In this document: piece by piece, positions 10,641 through 19,900 of the stretch
Layout: each line of letters begins with the position of its first letter
How positions within the stretch are numbered: the first letter of the stretch is position 1
Assembly: GCA_042577545.1 (NCBI GenBank)
Contig: JBHPDT010000002.1
Span: forward strand, 1,574-65,573
DNA length: 64,000 nt
Source of the DNA: Candidatus Omnitrophota bacterium
Lineage (GTDB): Bacteria > Omnitrophota > Gorgyraeia > JABMRG01
Direction of reading: 5' to 3'
Program-made: the position numbers and the translations under genes
Notes under the pieces: generated by a model
The model's database searches: none
Seen by the model: only the letters and a program-made list of their open reading frames with translations
Told to the model about the DNA's origin: nothing

Positions 10641-11959
10641 TACAGTATTGCTAAATACTTATCGAGCTCGTGCTTGGTCACCTGTTTTTTGTATTCGTTC
10701 CACTCATCCTTCTTATTGCGGATGAAGTATTCGAATACCTTATCACCAAGCGCCTTACGCACAAGCTTACTTTGCTCAGTTATCTTTACCGCGTCATAGA
10801 GATCATCTGGAAGAGATTCTATACCTACCATCTCTCTCTCCTCTGCGGTCATGCGATAGATATTGTTGGTAACTTGAGCTGGAAGTTTATATTTTTTCTT
10901 AATGCCCTCTAAGCCAGCTGCGAGCATAACACTGAAAGCGAGATATGGATTACACGCTGGGTCCGGATTTCTCATCTCAACGCGAGTTGCGTTCTCTTTG
11001 CCAGGTTTATACATCGGAACTCTTACTAAAGCAGAGCGATTGCGTTGCGCCCATGAAACATAGACAGGAGCCTCGTAACCTGGTATCAATCTCTTGTAAG
11101 AATTTACCCATTGACAACAGATTGAACAGATCTCGCGGGCATGCTTAAGTAGCCCCGCGGTAAAATACTTCGCGGTCTGTGAAAGATGATACTTATCATT
11201 CTTATCAAAAAACGCATTCCTCTTGCCTTTAAACAAAGACATATGAGTATGCATACCGCTTCCATTAATACCATATATCGGCTTTGGCATGAATGTAGCG
11301 TACATATTCTTCTGCATAGCAACCTCTTTAACAATCATCCGATACGCCATCACATTATCAGCCATCTTTAGGGCCTCATTATAACGCAGATCTATCTCAT
11401 GCTGGGATGAGGCAACCTCATGGTGCCAATATTCAACTTGAATCCCCATCTTCTCAAGAGCAAGTACTGTCTTTCTGCGAAGGTCCTGACCTATATCCAT
11501 AGGTGTCAGATCAAAATAGCCGCCGCGATCAAGTATCTCAGTGCCTTCTGAATTTCTAAAATAAAAATACTCTAGCTCTGGCCCGACATTAAATGTATAC
11601 CCGAGAGCCTTTGCCTCAGCCAAATTCTTCTTTAAGACATTCCTAGGATCGCCATCAAACGCCTTCCCGCCTGGCTCAACCACATTACAGAACATACAAG
11701 CAATGGGTCCTTCCTCTTGCTCAAAGGGAAGAATTCGGAACGTCTTGGTATCAGGTTTAACCACCATATCAGATTCTTCAATTCTCGAAAAACCCTCTAT
11801 AGATGAGCCATCAAATCCCATGCCATCAGCAAGAGCATGAGGAAGTTCTTCAACAGGAATATCAAAACTCTTTAAAAAACCAAGCACGTCTGTAAACCAT
11901 AAACGCACAAAAGCTATCTTCTTCTTCTTTACCAGCTTGAGTATCTCTTTGCTTGTCAT
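10640..11959 (-). CDS. glnA: Glutamine synthetase (type I-alpha-like), copy 1
   Basis: GS beta-grasp and catalytic domains, conserved across the full length. The true start is probably the internal ATG at 11959 (MTSKEILKLV), which has an AAGGAG RBS. The ORF-track start at 12076 lies inside a repeat element. Confidence 0.85.
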   Translation of the reverse strand: MTSKEILKLVKKKKIAFVRLWFTDVLGFLKSFDIPVEELPHALADGMGFDGSSIEGFSRIEESDMVVKPDTKTFRILPFEQEEGPIACMFCNVVEPGGKAFDGDPRNVLKKNLAEAKALGYTFNVGPELEYFYFRNSEGTEILDRGGYFDLTPMDIGQDLRRKTVLALEKMGIQVEYWHHEVASSQHEIDLRYNEALKMADNVMAYRMIVKEVAMQKNMYATFMPKPIYGINGSGMHTHMSLFKGKRNAFFDKNDKYHLSQTAKYFTAGLLKHAREICSICCQWVNSYKRLIPGYEAPVYVSWAQRNRSALVRVPMYKPGKENATRVEMRNPDPACNPYLAFSVMLAAGLEGIKKKYKLPAQVTNNIYRMTAEEREMVGIESLPDDLYDAVKITEQSKLVRKALGDKVFEYFIRNKKDEWNEYKKQVTKHELDKYLAIL

Positions 11960-12020
11960 AGTAACACTCCTTGTATAAGGGTTATTATTAAAGTGGTATA
12001 GATTATATACAAACATGCCT

Positions 12021-12087
12021 AAAAAAACAAGTAAAATGTTCGCATAACTTATGGAGTAAGTGAAACGAACGAACATAAGTTATATGC
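12021..12087 (-). terminator. Hairpin plus U-run (attenuator-like) within the glnA copy-1 leader
   Basis: In minus-strand sense, GCATA(TA)ACTTATG ... CATAAGTTATGC forms a ~12-bp stem with a 20-nt loop, followed by CGAACAUUUUACUUGUUUUUUU. It lies ~70 nt upstream of the glnA ATG at 11959. Confidence 0.35.
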
Positions 12088-12090
12088 AAA
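12037..12090. repeat. R-family repeat, copy R5 (variant, opposite orientation)
   Basis: TTCGCATAACTTATGGAGTAAGTGAAACGAACGAACATAAGTTATATGC. Confidence 0.5.
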
Positions 12091-12103
12091 CATTTTATCC
12101 AGT

Positions 12104-12139
12104 CCGCCACCTACGGTGGCGAGATCTCGCCTTTGGCGG
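12104..12139. repeat. GC-rich nested-hairpin motif CCGCC..GGCGAGATCTCGCC..TT.GGCGG, copy A
   Basis: Near-identical 36-nt motif also present at 27478..27513. Confidence 0.5.
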
Positions 12140-12178
12140 AAAGGCGCGACGAAAAGGAGCGCCTGTGGGACCTCAAAC

Positions 12179-12228
12179 TTAGGGTCAGACCTTAACATGT
12201 AGTTAACATAAGCAAGGTCTGACCCTAA
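12179..12228. promoter_or_regulatory. Perfect 15-bp inverted repeat TTAGGGTCAGACCTT-N20-AAGGTCTGACCCTAA between the divergent glnA copy-1 and pilin genes
   Basis: Read directly from the sequence. The 20-nt spacer is itself partly palindromic (GTTAAC). Confidence 0.5.
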
Positions 12229-12253
12229 ATAACAAAAAATATTTGTTTAGCAC

Positions 12254-12282
12254 TTGATATCAAATCAGTAACATAATATAAT
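12254..12282 (+). promoter_or_regulatory. Sigma-70-type promoter TTGATA-17-TATAAT for the prepilin gene
   Basis: Hexamers read directly from the sequence. The ATG at 12304 lies ~20 nt downstream. Confidence 0.5.
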
Positions 12283-12303
12283 ATTATTAATAGAAGATAT
12301 ATT

Positions 12304-12570
12304 ATGAAAAAAAGTGCATTTACTCTTATTGAAGTTATAATTGTAGTGCTTCTCATCAGTATTCTGGCATGTCTATCTGCGCCGGCATATGATCGTGTAG
12401 TTACAACTGCTAAATTGGCTGGAATGCCAGTTGAAATCAGAGAGATTGAAACATATATACAAATTGCAGTGATTGAAGGGGGTAATTTTGCTACTATTTT
12501 AGCTCATTTGACTTTTACCTTCACACCAATTATAATAGCAAAAGTAAATATTTTAGGTATATGGGCATGA
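12304..12570 (+). CDS. Prepilin-type (type IV pilin / pseudopilin) protein
   Basis: N-terminal MKKSAFTLIEVIIVVLLISIL matches the class III signal peptide and N-methylation region, with a conserved Glu at position 5. The -1 residue is Ala rather than Gly. Confidence 0.55.
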   Translation: MKKSAFTLIEVIIVVLLISILACLSAPAYDRVVTTAKLAGMPVEIREIETYIQIAVIEGGNFATILAHLTFTFTPIIIAKVNILGIWA

Positions 12571-12901
12571 AGGGTGGGACATCTAAACCATATTACTGTT
12601 TTGTTATTTTTACCAAAGAGAGTGTATTGCCTGGTTGGGGGAACAAGCCTTTAGCCCTTAGAAGGTTATATTATGATATAAATACCGGTGATGCCACTGG
12701 AGAAAAAAATTGGGTAGTATATTCCAATCACCCGTGGTCTAAAAGTGTAAAATTATCAGATATCACTTATTATTAGCTAAAAAAATTGTTATGGTATTAC
12801 AGGATTACAGACGTTTCATAAATTGAGCTTCAGACGTTTTGTTTTTCATTCGGGGCACTGTACCTAAAACAAGCACGACGGTGTCCCTTATTCGCATAAT
12901 A

Positions 12902-15475
12902 TTACTTCAAAAAACATACGATCCTCTGCGATACCACATCCGACATTATCCTTAAACCATCGTCTTTGATATCATAGACACTTATTACATCTCCATGCTT
13001 AGCCGATTGACCCATAATTTGGGTAAATGTATTATTAAATTGCTTAAACAACCCATGGTTGAATAGGACATCCTCTTTTTCAGGAAAGAGCGCAATATAA
13101 AATATCTTCGTCTCTACAAGGTCCTGGAAAAAATGTGTCCCAAAAGAGAGTTCGGGCATAAGATTCCCGGCTGAAAAGGCGACCTCGGTCAGGGCTGCTA
13201 TATTATTTATTTCTGAAAAATTGACGGGCACGCCCAAAGAGGGTGTTGTCGTGCCCCATCTTCCAGGCCCCATAAGCAGAGTTGGCAGCTCTTCTCTATC
13301 TGTTATCTCTCTGTTAAGCGCTCCTATTGCGCGGGCGATTCCGTATTTGTCCGATAGACCGAGCTTGCTGTATTTTTCAGGATTAACATATATTATTCTC
13401 TTTATCCTCTGTGAGACATTACCCCCCAAGAAACATCCCTTCGATTTAAACAACATCTTCTCTCTGTCTATTTGCTGTGGTATCTCAACCTTATAGCCCA
13501 TGCCCCATGTCTGAAGGGGCCGGCACTGCAGGAGGTTTATCTTAAATATATTGTCTTTGGTAAAGTTTACTGTAAACTCTATCTCAACAGGATAATTGTA
13601 ACTTTTCTGAAGTGTCTCTAATATTTTTTTGAAGTAATCGGCAAAGGTGCCCTCATCAAACAGTTTATCAAAATCTAATATCCAGTATTCCTTCCCTTTT
13701 ATACCTCTGTCATTCATGGCTTGAATAGCTTCATAATCTTTTAGCGCTATACCCTTCATACCATTATAGGCCTTTTCGCTCATGAGTTTGGAAACCGCAA
13801 CTGTTCCAAATAAATTATTCTTTGTATCTATAAGATCGACATCATGCTGTGTAAATTTTCTTAAATCATCCTTCTCTGAATAGGGTCTGCGTAGAGGATT
13901 ATCGAGCGCGACCATTCGCGGATAATCACCCTCAACGCGGTTGACCGCTCTTGTACCGAGCCCAAAAACAAGCCTGAGCATTCCCGCCTCCGGGCTCATA
14001 TTCTCATTCCATACATACGTATTGTACGAAACCCCGACTCCGGCAAGATCGGGAAAGAAATAATCCTTATGATGCGCTCCTGAGACCCTCTGCACCAGAA
14101 GCGCCATCTGCTCATCTAACTTATCCAGGCCCCTCTGCTTCCTGTATACAAGCGCGTCTTCACTCATGGTGCTAGCGTAGATCTTTCTAACAGCCTCGGC
14201 AAACTGAATATATCTCTGCTCAGGACTGCCCTGGTTTGCCAGGAATATACTCTCGTATTTACCGGCAAACGCGTTTCCAAATCCATCCTCTAAAAGCGAG
14301 CTTGAACGTATTATTATGGGGGATGATCCAAAGTATTCTATTATCTGCTGAAAGTGCTCCATTATCTCATCCGGAAACGTTCCGTATAGTATCTTTTCTT
14401 TCAAAATCTTCGCGCTGCTGAAATATCCCTCATCTGTCTTCTGCTGCATGCGCACCTTCCACCACCGATTTTGGACAATATATGAATAGAATATATCCGA
14501 CCCTATGTAAAATGAATCGTGCGCCTCTGAAAGCCCCTGCCAATTGAGGGATCTATTCTGTGAAAGCATCTTTCTGGCAAGCAGCATACCGACAGTCTTT
14601 CCTCCTATAAAACCGGTACCTATAAGCCTGGATTTTGTATCTATTATCTCCTGGAGTGAGAAGTTGCTAAGCGCAAGAGACATGATCTTCTTATTCTTTG
14701 TGATTATGATATCGCACAGTCTCTTTGTCATATCTCTTATCTGAGTCTCAGAGGCATTGGCCTCAACCAACTCTTGGGCTTGGAGGAATAACCGGTCCCA
14801 GTAATCAAGATTTCTCTTGACGCCCTCTGCACCTTTCTCACGAATATAAGAGAGTATCTTGACGGCGTTGACGCTGTCGGCGATCGGAACAAACTCATTG
14901 CCCTCCCTCTGATGGGGAAGGAACATGGTTGGAGAATAACGGTTCCACACCTTCAGGGGATGTATATAGAAGCTGCCCTGACAATGGTAAACATCTATGA
15001 GCAGCTGTGTCGTCTCGCGTATCTGGGCTATGGATTTAAAAGAATGATTATTACGCAACATGGAAAAATACGTGAGGGTCTTTAGTTCATAAAGATAAGG
15101 GCACGTAACCGTGAAGAAGTTTCCTATCATAATATCACTGGCCCATGCTGAAAGGAGTTCCGACAGACAATCGAAGACATAATAGGCGCCTTCACCTTCC
15201 CGTGTAATAATATCATGTACCTTTGTTGTAAAGGATTCAAAACCGGCATAGGCATTGAGTTCATAGCGCTTGACCTCTTTAGAGGGCTTAAGCAGTTCTC
15301 TGTGTGAAGCAAACCGCACATATATAATCTTCTCCTTCTCCTTAAGCGCCTGCCTAGCAAAAGGCTCCACAAGTCCGATATAATCCTTTATATCATCTAT
15401 CTGCCAGACCACATTATCCCCAAGCCTCAGGCCTGTTATTACATCATCTAAACCTTTTATTCCCGTGCTTATCAT
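12902..15475 (-). CDS. Large conserved hypothetical protein with an N-terminal KaiC/RecA-like fold lacking a Walker A motif and a central putative ATP-grasp/PPDK_N-like region
   Basis: GIKGLDDVITGLRLGDNVVW resembles the KaiC N-terminus without GxxxxGK[ST]. LIGTGFIGGKTVGML resembles the nucleotide-binding loop of the PEP/pyruvate-binding domain. No His-swivel motif was seen. Confidence 0.3.
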   Translation of the reverse strand: MISTGIKGLDDVITGLRLGDNVVWQIDDIKDYIGLVEPFARQALKEKEKIIYVRFASHRELLKPSKEVKRYELNAYAGFESFTTKVHDIITREGEGAYYVFDCLSELLSAWASDIMIGNFFTVTCPYLYELKTLTYFSMLRNNHSFKSIAQIRETTQLLIDVYHCQGSFYIHPLKVWNRYSPTMFLPHQREGNEFVPIADSVNAVKILSYIREKGAEGVKRNLDYWDRLFLQAQELVEANASETQIRDMTKRLCDIIITKNKKIMSLALSNFSLQEIIDTKSRLIGTGFIGGKTVGMLLARKMLSQNRSLNWQGLSEAHDSFYIGSDIFYSYIVQNRWWKVRMQQKTDEGYFSSAKILKEKILYGTFPDEIMEHFQQIIEYFGSSPIIIRSSSLLEDGFGNAFAGKYESIFLANQGSPEQRYIQFAEAVRKIYASTMSEDALVYRKQRGLDKLDEQMALLVQRVSGAHHKDYFFPDLAGVGVSYNTYVWNENMSPEAGMLRLVFGLGTRAVNRVEGDYPRMVALDNPLRRPYSEKDDLRKFTQHDVDLIDTKNNLFGTVAVSKLMSEKAYNGMKGIALKDYEAIQAMNDRGIKGKEYWILDFDKLFDEGTFADYFKKILETLQKSYNYPVEIEFTVNFTKDNIFKINLLQCRPLQTWGMGYKVEIPQQIDREKMLFKSKGCFLGGNVSQRIKRIIYVNPEKYSKLGLSDKYGIARAIGALNREITDREELPTLLMGPGRWGTTTPSLGVPVNFSEINNIAALTEVAFSAGNLMPELSFGTHFFQDLVETKIFYIALFPEKEDVLFNHGLFKQFNNTFTQIMGQSAKHGDVISVYDIKDDGLRIMSDVVSQRIVCFLK

Positions 15476-15512
15476 CTCAATAACCCTTTTGCCCCTATAT
15501 TTCCGGGAGGCT

Positions 15513-16958
15513 TTATATCAGCGGTAAATTGCTATTACCCATCAGATACCTGTCTATGTAATGGGCGCAGCTGCGGGCCTCTGATATGGCCCATACAACA
15601 AGTGACTGTCCGCGCCTCATATCACCGCAAGAGAACACTTTTTTAACAGACGTCATGTAATCTCTCCCTGTCTTTATATTGCCGCGCTCATCAAAAGCGA
15701 CCTTGAGATCAGTGAGCAGGCCTGAGTGTTCAGGATGTAAAAACCCCACAGCAAGAATAACCAGATCTGTCTCAATTTCAAACTCGCTTCCCGAAATCTC
15801 TCTTATAACAGGGCAGGCCTTTGCATCTTGTTGTGTAAACTCTGCCTTCACGCATGATAATTTCTTAACAACTCCCTTTTCTCCGATAAAACTCTTTGTC
15901 AAGACCGCCCAATGGCGCTCCCCTCCTTCTTCATGGCTGGAGGATACTTTTAATAGCAGAGGATATTGAGGCCATGGAAAGTCTGCGTTGCGACATTCCG
16001 AAGGTTTAGGCATAACCTCTATCTGCACAACACAAGAGGCCCCTTGCCTGTGTGCGGTTCCCACACAGTCAGCGCCTGTATCACCTCCTCCTATAACAAC
16101 GACCTTTTTTGACTTTGCGTCTATAATATCATTTGAGGCGATCTTCTCGCCACCGAGTCTCCTGTTTACCTGACAAAGGTAATCCATTGCAAAATATATG
16201 CCTTTTAGGCCTCTTCCCTCTATCTTAAGATCTCTCGGAACTCGGCAACCGCCTGCCAAACAGATCGCATCAAACTCATCCAGAAGTTTCTTAACCGCAT
16301 AATCTACTCCCACATCCACACCTGTATTAAAAACAACGCCTTCTTTTTTCCAGATATCAACACGTCTGTCTATAAGGTTTTTCTCAAGCTTAAAATCAGG
16401 GATACCATAACGCAATATCCCGCCTGGATTATTATCCCTCTCAAATACCACAACACTGTGGCCTGCTCTGTTAAGCTGTGCTGCGGCTGATAATCCCGCC
16501 GGGCCTGAGCCTACAACAGCCACCTTTTTTCCTGTCCTGTGCCTTGGCAGGTTCGGTTTAATCAAATCATTATTAAAAGCATACTCTACAACCGCAAGTT
16601 CATTTTCACGGATGGTCACAGCATCATCATTTATACCTAATACACACGAATATTCACATAGCGCTGGACATACCCGCCCTGTTATTTCAGGTAAGTTATT
16701 CGTGGCCTCAAGCAGGCTAATCGCCTCTTTCCATCTTCCGTTGAACATATAGTCGTTCCATTCGGGGATATAGTTTCCTATCGGACAGCTCCAATGACAA
16801 AACGGCGTAGCGCAGTCCATACATCGCGAGGCCTGCTCCTGTGATTGTTCCTGGGGATGTGGTTGACAGACATGCCTGAAATCCTGAATACGCTCACAGA
16901 TCCCTCTGTATTTTGCATCCTGTCTTGCGACCTTTAAAAAACCTCGCGGATTACCCAT
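15513..16958 (-). CDS. gltD: Glutamate synthase small (beta) subunit
   Basis: N-terminal Cys cluster plus GxGxxG FAD/NADPH motifs. Overlaps gltB by 8 nt. Confidence 0.85.
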   Translation of the reverse strand: MGNPRGFLKVARQDAKYRGICERIQDFRHVCQPHPQEQSQEQASRCMDCATPFCHWSCPIGNYIPEWNDYMFNGRWKEAISLLEATNNLPEITGRVCPALCEYSCVLGINDDAVTIRENELAVVEYAFNNDLIKPNLPRHRTGKKVAVVGSGPAGLSAAAQLNRAGHSVVVFERDNNPGGILRYGIPDFKLEKNLIDRRVDIWKKEGVVFNTGVDVGVDYAVKKLLDEFDAICLAGGCRVPRDLKIEGRGLKGIYFAMDYLCQVNRRLGGEKIASNDIIDAKSKKVVVIGGGDTGADCVGTAHRQGASCVVQIEVMPKPSECRNADFPWPQYPLLLKVSSSHEEGGERHWAVLTKSFIGEKGVVKKLSCVKAEFTQQDAKACPVIREISGSEFEIETDLVILAVGFLHPEHSGLLTDLKVAFDERGNIKTGRDYMTSVKKVFSCGDMRRGQSLVVWAISEARSCAHYIDRYLMGNSNLPLI

Positions 16959-19900
16959 CAGACGCCTCCACTAAGTTGAGTTTCTCCTCAACCTTTATCC
17001 CTTCCAATATGCGCTTATACTCAATGGGTATAACCTTTACGAACTTCTTCAGTTCCTCATACATATTATCGATAATCCTTCTTGCCTTTTCACTCTGCGT
17101 ATATTTGAAATGGTTATGGAGTAGATGATATATTGTATCCTTGTCCTCTTCCTTTGCCTCCTCTAACTCAACCATATCCATATTACACCTGTCTTTGAAG
17201 GCGCTGCCTTCATCATAGACATAAGCTATTCCGCCTGACATGCCTGCAGCAAAATTCCTTCCTGTCTTTCCAAGGACAATTACCCTTCCGCCTGTCATAT
17301 ATTCACAACCATGATCACCAAGACCCTCGACAACGGCATAGAGTCCGGAGTTTCTGATACAGAACCGCTCACCTGCAATGCCGCGTATATATGCCTCCCC
17401 GGATATGGCCCCGTAAAAAGTGGTATTGCCGATAATTATATTTTCATCGGGCTTATAAGAGGCCTTCTTATCCGGATATATAATAATTTTCCCCCCGGAG
17501 ATGCCCTTGCCAACATAATCATTCGCCATACCCTCTAATTCAAAGGTAACGCCTTTTGCAAGAAAGGCGCCGAAACTCTGTCCGGCAATTCCCCTGAATT
17601 TAGTGCATATGGTATCTTCCAAAAGTACGCCGTCACCACACCTCCTCGATATCTCACCGCTTAACATAGCGCCTGTAGTCCTGTTTGTATTATTGATCTC
17701 TACTGAAATATTCGTCGGTTTATTCTCATTAAGGGCAGCTTCACACATCCCAATAAGCTTTTTATCAAAAACAGAATCCAGCTTGTTCTTCTGCGCGGAT
17801 ACGCAGTATCGCCTGACATCCTCAGGGAGATCCGGCTTATAGAGAATCTTTGAATAATCTATACCCTTTGCCTTTAAGGGGATGATATCGCTGTTTGCCT
17901 CAAGGAGATCTGTTCTTCCTATCATATCGTTTATATTTCTCATGCCCAGGCTTGCCATTATCTCGCGAAGTTCCTGAGCCACAAAATGAAAATAATTCAC
18001 AATATATTCCGGCCTTCCCTTAAATCGCTTCTGCAGGATCTTATCCTGTGTGGCAACGCCAATCGAGCAGTTATTTAAATGGCAGTGCCTTAGCATAACA
18101 CAGCCTATGGTGATAAGAACGGATGTGCAGAAACCATATTCTTCAGCACCTAACAAGGCAGCGATTGCAATATCACGACCCGTGCGCATTTGACCGTCGG
18201 CCTGTATGCGGACCCTTGAGCGAAGGTTATTGAGCATTAGTGTCTGATGCGTCTCAGAAAGCCCCAACTCCCACGGAAGCCCGGCGTATCTTATAGAGCT
18301 CCTGGGAGAAGCGCCCGTTCCCCCGTCTCCGCCGGAGATAAGGATCATGTCAGCATGGCCCTTGGCAACTCCGGCTGCGACAGTTCCAACCCCAGCCTCT
18401 GAAACAAGCTTTACGCTAACACGCGCCTGCGGATTAGCATTCTTAAGATCAAAGATAAGCTGAGCAAGGTCTTCTATAGAATATATATCATGGTGCGGAG
18501 GCGGCGATATCAGTGTGACACCCTGGGTAGTGTATCTGGTTCGCGCGATTATTTCACTCACCTTATGCCCTGGCAGTTGACCGCCCTCGCCTGGTTTAGC
18601 GCCCTGGGCAATCTTTATCTGTATCTCATCGGCATTGACAAGATAGTTTATAGTCACACCAAACCTTCCCGAGGCAACCTGCTTTATAGCACTCCTTCTT
18701 GAATCTCCATTGGGCAGTTTTATAAACCTGCTAGGATCTTCGCCACCCTCGCCGGTATTGGACTTTCCGCCTATCCTGTTCATAGCGATCGCGATCGTCT
18801 CATGCGCCGGGCTTGAAATTGAGCCAAAGCTCATGGCACCTGTTGCAAAGCGCTTCATGATATCTTCAACAGGCTCAACCTCGTTAATGGAGATAGTCTG
18901 CCTCTTGCCAGGTAAATCGCCTACGTCTTTAAACCTAAGCAGGCTCCTTAGTGTCGTAGGATTGGCTGACTGATCATTTATCATCTGGGAGAATTCCCTG
19001 TATCTATCATAGTCATTGTTGCGCGCGCAATCCTGCAAGGCTGCTATGCTCTCAGGATTCCAGAGATGAAACTCTCCATCCTTTTTCCATTGATAGACAC
19101 CGCCGCTTGTTAAACAGGTAGTTCCACCTTCTCTCTCGGGATATGCCTTGGCATGCCTTTTTATAGTCTCATCCGCTATTCCCTCAAGACTAACTCCCCC
19201 TATCCTGGATATAGTACCGGTAAAACACCTGCCTATAAGCTCATCATCCAATCCTAATGCCTCAAATATCTGTGCCCCACGGTAACTTCTAAGAGTAGAT
19301 ATACCCATCTTTGAGAGTATCTTCAATATGCCGTCCCCTATGGCCTTGTTAAAATTCTTCAAGGCGCTTTTTAAATCTAAATGGATCTCTTTATTCTCTA
19401 TAAGATATTCTATCGTCTCATGAGCGAGATAGGGGTTTACGCAGCCTGCGCCGTATCCGAAAAGGAGGGCAAAATGGTGCACCTCTCTGGGCTCCGCACT
19501 TTCAACTATTATTGCTACTTCAGAGCGTATGGTCTTTCTCACAAGGTGTTGATGAACAGCACTTGTGGCCAAAAGCGCCGGGAGGGCAATGTTATCTTTA
19601 TCAACGCCACGGTCGCTCAATATCACAAAAGAGTATCCCTGTTCAATGGCATACTCCGCTTCAAAACAGATCCTCTCTAATGCGCGCGAAAAACCTTCCT
19701 TGCCATTCTGTGAGTCAAAAAAAGTGTATATAGTCTTTGTCTTAAATCCGTTTATGCTTATATCACGTATCTTCTCAAGCTCTTCATCCGTCAATATAGG
19801 ATTTCTTACTCTAAGCTTATGGCTATGTTCTGGAGTCTCCTCCAAGATATTCTTCTCAGGACCTATGAAGCTCTCAAGACTCATCACAAGCCTTTCCCTA

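Noticed and set aside
12090-12180. Glutamine riboswitch (glnA RNA motif) in the glnA copy-1 leader
   Set aside because: The leader is structured, but I cannot match it to the glutamine-riboswitch consensus from memory. It is left as an unclassified structured leader.
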